From Candidatus Limnocylindrales bacterium (GTDB lineage Bacteria > Chloroflexota > Limnocylindria > Limnocylindrales > CSP1-4), in NCBI GenBank assembly GCA_038214375.1, contig JBBQRX010000014.1, forward strand, positions 1,961 through 65,960: a stretch of DNA of 64,000 nucleotides, read 5' to 3'. The notes under the pieces were generated by a model. The model did no database searches. It was given only the letters and a program-made list of their open reading frames with translations, and was not told where the DNA came from. Made by a program: the position numbers and the translations under genes. Positions 57,970 through 64,000 of this stretch are shown here, piece after piece (position 1 is the stretch's first letter; each line of letters opens with the position of its first letter).

Positions 57970-58707
57970 TCAGTCCTCCGGCATCCGGATCCAGCCCTGG
58001 CGCATGGCATAGACCACGGCCTGGGTCCGGTCGTTCACGGAGAGCTTCCGGAGGATCGAGCTCATGTGGTTCTTGACGGTCTGCTCGCTGATCGACAGCG
58101 CGTAGGCGACCTGTTTGTTGGTCATGCCCTGGGCGATGTTGTCCAGGATCTCCACCTCGCGCGGGGAGAGCGGGGCGAAGATCGGGGCGGCCTCCTGGCC
58201 GTAGACGGCCAGCTCGCGGAACTCTTTGAGCACGCGGCTCGCGACGGCCGGCTTCGCGAAGACCTTGTCGTTGATCAGGAACTCGCCGTCGCTCACCCGC
58301 CGGATGATCGTCACGAGGTCGTCCGGGCCGACGTTCTTCAGGATGAACGCGGCTGCCCCGGCACGGATCGCCTGGAAGAGGGCCTCCTCGTCCTCGTCGG
58401 ACGCGAGGAGGATGATCCCGGTCGCGGGGAGGTCGCGCTTGATTCGTTGGGTCGCCTCGATCCCGCCCGGGGCCGGGAGCGAAAGGTCCATCAGGATGAT
58501 CGCGGGATCGGTCTCTAGCGCGACGTCATGGGCCGTGCGACCGTCCTCGGCCTCGCCCACGATCTCGAAGTCGGGCTCCCGCTCCAGGATCGACCGCATG
58601 CCCACGCGGACGAGGGCGTGGTCGTCGACGATCAGGATCCGGATCCGTTCGCCGTCCGCTCGCCGGTCGGGGCCGCCCCGCCGACGGTCGGGTCCACCAT
58701 ACGACAT
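57970..58707 (-). CDS. NarL/DegU-family response regulator
   Basis: LIVDDHALVR, LMDLSLP, FILK; LuxR HTH LSPREVEIL...TVKNHMSSILRKL. Confidence 0.95.
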   Translation of the reverse strand: MSYGGPDRRRGGPDRRADGERIRILIVDDHALVRVGMRSILEREPDFEIVGEAEDGRTAHDVALETDPAIILMDLSLPAPGGIEATQRIKRDLPATGIILLASDEDEEALFQAIRAGAAAFILKNVGPDDLVTIIRRVSDGEFLINDKVFAKPAVASRVLKEFRELAVYGQEAAPIFAPLSPREVEILDNIAQGMTNKQVAYALSISEQTVKNHMSSILRKLSVNDRTQAVVYAMRQGWIRMPED

Positions 58708-58714
58708 CGTCTGC

Positions 58715-59782
58715 CTACCTCCTGACGGTCCCGATGGGAATCGCGAGCCGGAGCACGGTGCCCTCGGACGGCCGCGATCGGACGTCGAAGTGCGCGCCGA
58801 TCAACTCCGCCCGGTCGCGCATGAACTGGAGCCCAAAGCTGCGGCGGCCCCGCGCGCTGACGGAGTCGATGTCGAAGCCGCGCCCGTCATCGGTCACCTC
58901 GAGCGTCCACCCGTCGTCCTCGAGGCGGGTGCTCACCCGAACAACCGTTGCCTCGGCGTGGCGCCGCACGTTCTGGAGCGCCTCCTGCAGGACGCGGAGG
59001 ACGACGACCTGGCTCTCGTCGGAGAGTTCGCTTGCGGGCGCGGCGAGGTCCGTCTCGATCGTGGCGCCGGTCAGCGCGCGGGTGGTCGCAACGGCGTCCT
59101 CGATGGATCCATCCAGCCCGAGCTCGGCCAGGAGCGGCGGCCGCAGCTGGGTGATGAAGGCGCGCACGTCGTCCAGCTGGCGGCGCAGCCGCTCGCGCAG
59201 GAAGCGCACCTCCGTGCGCACCGTGCCAGGGTCGGTGTCGAGGACCCGCTCGATGTAGTCGGCCTGGAAGATCGCGTTGACCAGCGCCTGTGCCGGGCCG
59301 TCATGGACCTCCTGGGCAAGGCGGACGCGCTCCGCCTCGCGGGCCTCGACGAGCCGCATCCGCAGGTCGTCAGGGAGGTCCGGCGCCGAAAGGTCGCCCT
59401 GGAGGCTGGCATCGCCGCGCTCGAGAAACAGCCACGTGCGCTCCAGGCCACGGACTGCGAGCTCCAGCCGCGACAGCTCGGTCGCGCGCGCGCCGAGGTC
59501 GCTGGCCCCGAGGGCGACGGTCCGCCGAAGCTCGCCGGGGTGGACCGGCTCTCCGCTGGCCATTCCATTGCCCATCTCCGGTTCGAGCGCGTCGAGCTCC
59601 TCGCGGTCCAGCTCGTCGTGCTCCGCGTGCCACACGCCGAGGTCCGCGTGGTACGCCTCGCGGTATTGCTCGGTCAGCGCGCGGAGGGTGTTGGCGGCAT
59701 AACCGAGCGCGGACTTGGCCTCCGCGTACACGCTGTCGAAGCGGCCCGTCCCGGCGTCCCCGATCCTGGTCTCGGCGCTCAT
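58715..59782 (-). CDS. Soluble DegS-like sensor histidine kinase
   Basis: EVHDGPAQ, QEALQNVRRHA, DDGRGFD, FGLQFMRDRA; no TM; ATG 9 nt after TATACT. Confidence 0.92.
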   Translation of the reverse strand: MSAETRIGDAGTGRFDSVYAEAKSALGYAANTLRALTEQYREAYHADLGVWHAEHDELDREELDALEPEMGNGMASGEPVHPGELRRTVALGASDLGARATELSRLELAVRGLERTWLFLERGDASLQGDLSAPDLPDDLRMRLVEAREAERVRLAQEVHDGPAQALVNAIFQADYIERVLDTDPGTVRTEVRFLRERLRRQLDDVRAFITQLRPPLLAELGLDGSIEDAVATTRALTGATIETDLAAPASELSDESQVVVLRVLQEALQNVRRHAEATVVRVSTRLEDDGWTLEVTDDGRGFDIDSVSARGRRSFGLQFMRDRAELIGAHFDVRSRPSEGTVLRLAIPIGTVRR

Positions 59783-59805
59783 CTGCGGGCCAGTATAGGG
59801 GCCGC

Positions 59806-61449
59806 TCACGGGCAGGCGACCCGGTAGACGGCGAAGTCGGCGGCGCTTGTTGCCGTGCCTGGCGCCGGCGGGAGCGCGACCGGTGCCAGGCAATGGGCAT
59901 CGGGATCGGTGGCGAGGCGCGCTGGCCAGCCTCCGTGGGTCCCGTCGAGGACCACGTAGCGCGCCCCGAACGTCCGGGCGATCTCGAGCACGCTGGAAAC
60001 GGGCTCGTCGGGGAGTGCGAGCGCGCGGACCCGGTTCGCCTCGGCCACCCAGATCGGGTGGTTGGCGATCACGGGGACGGATGGGTCCAGGCGGTCACCG
60101 AGCGCGGCAAACCGGGCCGTCAGCGCGGAGTAGCGTGCCTCGGTTCCGGCCGCATTGCTGCCGTACGAGGGAATCCCGAGCCCCAGGAAGAGGAGCGCAC
60201 CCGCGCCCGCGAAGAGCGGGCCCAGCCAGGCGACCGGATGCGTCCAGCCGCGATGCCGGCCCACCCATGCCAGACCCGCGTCGAGCCCGGCGAGGCCGCT
60301 CACGATGAGCAGGACCTGGGCCGGCGCCGAGGCGTGGAGGTAGGTGCCCCAGGTGGTCTGGACGGGGAAAACGAGCGTCGTGATCGTGAAGGTGGCAATG
60401 GACGAGATCACGAGCAGCCGGAGCGACCGGCTTCGAACGACCCACGGCAGCCCAGCCAGGCCGACAGCCGCCACCGGCATCCCGGGGAGCAGGAGGACGT
60501 TCACCAAGTTGTGCGAGAAGCCGGTCACTCGATCGTCGAGCCATGCTGCCGGGCCAGCGGCCAGGTACGCGGCCAGCGCGGCCGGCTCCTTCCACGCGAA
60601 GATCTCGAAGCCGGAGATCGCCCAGGCGTTTGTGATGGCCTGGCCGGGCAGCGGGCTGCCGAAGACGAGCCAGTTGCGAGCCAGCCACGGCGCGACGACG
60701 ACGACGGCGACCACGGCGGGCACCAGGACAAGCCGCGCCCGCTCAGCGCGGCTCGGTGGGCCCTGCCACCACGCGAGGGCCGCCCAGCCCATCGCGACCC
60801 AGAGCGCCTCGTTTCGTGTCAGGGCGGCGAGCCCCAGAGCCAGCCCCAGGCCAATGAGGCGCGGGTCGCGAACTCGGGCGCCGCGCGGCTCGCGGAGGAG
60901 GCGTGTGGCCAGGAGACAGGCCGCGAGCACGGTCACCCCGAACGGAATCGTCGAGTCGAGCAGCGCCGACGGCAACACCAGGGGCAGAGCCACCGCGCTC
61001 ACGAGCCCGCAGCCCAGCGCGAGTGTCCGGGCCCGCTCGCGCGGAAGGCCACGTTCCGCCGCGAGATCCGCGCCGATCCGCCATGCGAGGACGGGGATGA
61101 CCGCCCCGAGCAGAACCGGCACGGCGAGGGTTGCCGCGTAGCTTGTCGAGCCGAGAAGCAGCATCGGAAAAGCCGCGAGGAGCGTCGGAAGCGGCAGCCA
61201 GATCTCGAACGCCGGGCGTGGGAAGAAGAGCCCGAAGCTCCCCGTCAGCGGATCGCGTGCCGGCGTGACATAGCTCCAGAGCGCGTCGGACACGAGCCCG
61301 TGGCCCTCGACCAGGTTGCGGGCGATACCCCAGTAGTAGGTCGCGTCCTCCGGGATGGGGAACGGGACCTGAGCCGCGGCCCACGCGCGAACGAGCAGAG
61401 CGACCAGGAAGATTCCGATGGCGCTTGACCGCGTCTCGATGCGACTCAC
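59806..61449 (-). CDS. GT-C fold membrane glycosyltransferase
   Basis: LLVR...PEDATYYWGIARNLVEGHG, WLPLP, LAALTRNE; multi-TM. Start 61449 or 61470. Confidence 0.78.
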   Translation of the reverse strand: MSRIETRSSAIGIFLVALLVRAWAAAQVPFPIPEDATYYWGIARNLVEGHGLVSDALWSYVTPARDPLTGSFGLFFPRPAFEIWLPLPTLLAAFPMLLLGSTSYAATLAVPVLLGAVIPVLAWRIGADLAAERGLPRERARTLALGCGLVSAVALPLVLPSALLDSTIPFGVTVLAACLLATRLLREPRGARVRDPRLIGLGLALGLAALTRNEALWVAMGWAALAWWQGPPSRAERARLVLVPAVVAVVVVAPWLARNWLVFGSPLPGQAITNAWAISGFEIFAWKEPAALAAYLAAGPAAWLDDRVTGFSHNLVNVLLLPGMPVAAVGLAGLPWVVRSRSLRLLVISSIATFTITTLVFPVQTTWGTYLHASAPAQVLLIVSGLAGLDAGLAWVGRHRGWTHPVAWLGPLFAGAGALLFLGLGIPSYGSNAAGTEARYSALTARFAALGDRLDPSVPVIANHPIWVAEANRVRALALPDEPVSSVLEIARTFGARYVVLDGTHGGWPARLATDPDAHCLAPVALPPAPGTATSAADFAVYRVACP

Positions 61450-61453
61450 GGCG

Positions 61454-63127
61454 TTACGGCGACCGGGCATGGTCTGCCGTCGCGCACCGCCTATCGTCCG
61501 GTGCAACGCAGACCGGGTAGACGGCAAGGTCGACAGCTCCGGAAGGTTGGGTCGGACCGCCTGCAACGCTCACGGCAGAGCGAGATGCGACCGGCGACCC
61601 GATCCAGGCTGGTCGAGCCGCGCCGTCGAGGATCGGGGCAATCGCGGGTACCGCACTGGCGCGATCCAGGATCAGCCACCGGATCTGGTAGGCGCCGGCG
61701 ACCTGCTCGATCGTGGACAGTGGGTCGTTCACCAGGACCACGCCGCCACGGCCGCTCCAGTACCGCGTCCCCGACGCATCGATGGACATCACCCGGTCGG
61801 TGATCGGCGCGCCAGCAGCGTCGAGCGCTCCCGCCGCGAACCTGAGGTCGTCGGCCTTATGGGTCCACCCGGCGTGTATCACGAGAGTGGCGGCGGCGGC
61901 GGCGATAACCGCAAACGCCACCGTCGCGCCCGAGAAGAATCGCATCGCCTGGTCAGCGTTCCAGCGCTGCCGGCGGCGGGCTATCCACCCGATGCAGGCA
62001 GCCAGCCCTTCCAGCACCAGCACATACGTGTGCGGTGCCAGGCCGATCGCGGAGTGGATGAAGGTGCCGCCCGAGACGTGGACCGCGAAGACAAGGGCAT
62101 TGAAGGCGACCAGGATTCCGGCGTAGACGAACGCGGGTGAGAAGTCCGTCGAGTGCCGGCGACACCAGCCGCCGATCAGCATGAAGGGAACCAGGATGAC
62201 GCCGCCCACCAGAACGGCGTAGATCGTGAGGGCCTGAAGCAGGCCGTCGATCCGGGTGGCGACCAGCGGCCCCAACCCCTGGCCCAAGAAATGATCAACG
62301 GTGGCCGGGATCGTGAGGCTGTTCCACTCGGAGAACGTGCGAATGAGCAGCACCTTGCCGGTGGCCGAGGACGGCGACAGGCTGCTGAAGACGGCAAGCT
62401 GGCGGGCGAACCAGGGGGCCGCGACCGCGAGGAAGAGCCCCGCGCAGGCGACAGCCGCCCAGAGCGGGATCGCGGTTTGCCTGGAGCCCCTGCTCCGCCA
62501 CGCTCGCCAGCGATCAGCGAAGAATAGGAATCCTAGGGCGACACCTACCAGGATCCCGTCAGAGCGGGCCAACGTCGCAAGGGCCACCAGCGCCCCAGAC
62601 ATCGCGAAGCTTTGGCCGTGGCCCCGGAGGCCACGCGCGCCCAGCCACAGCGCGCCCACAACCAGCGGTCCGTAGAGCCCGAAGCTGTCGGGCTGGGCGA
62701 GATACGGCGTCGTGAGGACCGGGACCGCCGTCAGGAAGCCGGCTCCGAGTGCCACGGTCTCGCTCGCGCCGGCGTCGCGGGCCAGCCCCCACGCCATCGG
62801 GGCCGTGAGCGCGCCCAGCAGGATGAAGGGTAGGGACGACGCCAGGGTCGTCGGGCTCAGGAGCCAGATGAAGGGGACCTGGACGATCGAGGCGAGGGGC
62901 ATCCAGTGCGCGTTGCTCGGCACCGGCAGGACCGGGATGGCCGGCATCTTTCCGCCCACTTCCACGAAGATCCAGATGAAGTCGACGCTGAACCCGTGGC
63001 CGGCGGCGACGCGCCGCGCGACGTCCACGTAGTAGTACGAGTCCGGGTACCCGGGATCCGGGAAGTGGAGGTACACGAGCGCCCGGACCAGGACGGCGAG
63101 CACGAACAGCAGGAGTGGCTTCCGCAC
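61454..63127 (-). CDS. GT-C fold membrane glycosyltransferase (paralog of its neighbour)
   Basis: VLVR...YPDSYYYVDVARRVAAGHG, HWMPL, LATLARSDG; multi-TM. Confidence 0.78.
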   Translation of the reverse strand: MRKPLLLFVLAVLVRALVYLHFPDPGYPDSYYYVDVARRVAAGHGFSVDFIWIFVEVGGKMPAIPVLPVPSNAHWMPLASIVQVPFIWLLSPTTLASSLPFILLGALTAPMAWGLARDAGASETVALGAGFLTAVPVLTTPYLAQPDSFGLYGPLVVGALWLGARGLRGHGQSFAMSGALVALATLARSDGILVGVALGFLFFADRWRAWRSRGSRQTAIPLWAAVACAGLFLAVAAPWFARQLAVFSSLSPSSATGKVLLIRTFSEWNSLTIPATVDHFLGQGLGPLVATRIDGLLQALTIYAVLVGGVILVPFMLIGGWCRRHSTDFSPAFVYAGILVAFNALVFAVHVSGGTFIHSAIGLAPHTYVLVLEGLAACIGWIARRRQRWNADQAMRFFSGATVAFAVIAAAAATLVIHAGWTHKADDLRFAAGALDAAGAPITDRVMSIDASGTRYWSGRGGVVLVNDPLSTIEQVAGAYQIRWLILDRASAVPAIAPILDGAARPAWIGSPVASRSAVSVAGGPTQPSGAVDLAVYPVCVAPDDRRCATADHARSP

Positions 63128-63227
63128 GATGGTGCACGGTAGCACCGCGCGAGGCGCCGTCCGGCGGTACGGATGGACTACTGGAGGGTGCGGCCCCGCG
63201 TGAGGGAGCAACGGGCGCGCCGTCGGC

Positions 63228-64000
63228 CTACCCGCCGAGGAGGGTCGTATCGGGGACTGCCGTTGGGCCGTCGGTGCGTTCGAGGATCATCGGGAGGGGA
63301 TCAGCGAGGACGAGCGCTGCTGTCACGAGGGGAACCGCGAGCCAGAGCCCGTGGAAGGTGTACGTCGCGACGAGGGCGGCGCAGATCAGGCCGATCTCTC
63401 GGCGCACGACGAGAAACGCCGGGAGCGCGAAGACGACGCCGTACATCCGGAGCGACGGTGCCCCAATGACGGCCAAGAGGCCGGTCCAGGCACCCAGTCT
63501 CGCCGAGGGGACAACGAGGCAGAGCAATCCGGTGGCCATCGCGATCATCAGCTGCACGGCCGCCGGGAACGCGTGAGCGAGCGAGCCGCCCGGCAACGGC
63601 CACGCTGGGTCGCTGGCCCGTCCGAGCTGCTCGAGCCACGCCCGCCACAGGTCCAGCCCGAGTAGGGGGACGCACAAACCGGCGATGCCGCCCAGGACCA
63701 GCAGACCGGCGAGTGCCGAGCCGGGACGCCGACGAAGGAGCGCCAGCCATGGGTGCGGGACCGAAGCCTTCAGGGCCGGGATGATCCCGGCCAGCAGGCC
63801 GTCAATCGGGGCCGGACGGGTCGACGTGCGTGGGTCTCGCGGCTGCGCCCGGATCGGGTCCTGTGCCCCTCTCGCCCCGGCAGCGCTGCGACCGCCTTCC
63901 CGATCCCAGAAGACGGCCACGAAGGCGCCGAACAGAATGATCTGGACGTTGCCGCCGAGGATTCCTTCGGCGAACGGCGGCCAGCACAGCACCAGGGGGA
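63228..64000 (-). CDS. GT87-like membrane glycosyltransferase, 5' end beyond the window
   Basis: WPPFAEGILGGNVQ, ALK..P, hydrophobic segments. Confidence 0.6.
   Translation of the reverse strand, partial: PLVLCWPPFAEGILGGNVQIILFGAFVAVFWDREGGRSAAGARGAQDPIRAQPRDPRTSTRPAPIDGLLAGIIPALKASVPHPWLALLRRRPGSALAGLLVLGGIAGLCVPLLGLDLWRAWLEQLGRASDPAWPLPGGSLAHAFPAAVQLMIAMATGLLCLVVPSARLGAWTGLLAVIGAPSLRMYGVVFALPAFLVVRREIGLICAALVATYTFHGLWLAVPLVTAALVLADPLPMILERTDGPTAVPDTTLLGG

Overview
High-GC bacterial chromosome segment, most likely Chloroflexota. This is inferred from the monoderm-type Tad locus without a secretin, Firmicutes-like synteny, the AtpA insertion and the extended AtpB N-terminus; class Limnocylindria/Ellin6529 is plausible. 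Most of it is core genome. Minus-strand block (1-18.1 kb): parA-parB-gyrB-PaaI-AlkD-like-gyrA-prs-small membrane protein-secA-ydcF-Cys-rich ORF-prfB (programmed +1 frameshift)-GNAT-ftsE-ftsX-S41 protease. A parS site sits at the divergence point. Plus-strand block (18.5-43.8 kb): mreD-mrdA-rodA-DUF2344-rplU-rpmA-rpmE-DUF1385-prfA-prmC-glyA-wecA-like-K+ channel-atp operon-murA-mreB-PHP-UPF0104-XRE. Minus-strand block (43.8-64 kb): GT-C glycosyltransferases, a soluble DegS-like kinase, a DegU-like regulator and a second kinase with a degenerate ATPase domain, three Flp pilins, cpaB-cpaE-tadABC, DUF192, a probable 6S RNA preceded by tandem palindromes, comF, hpf, an MNT-HEPN pair and nfo. The best candidate for an undescribed system is a cytoplasmic kinase/pseudokinase (possible phosphotransferase) relay physically coupled to a Tad pilus-6S RNA-ComF-HPF region. 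Other notable items: an apparent CTG start of prmC overlapping the prfA stop, a double-CxxxCxxC small protein abutting prfB, a Cys-to-Asp MurA and near-leaderless promoters. All calls come from reading the sequence by eye; no searches were run.
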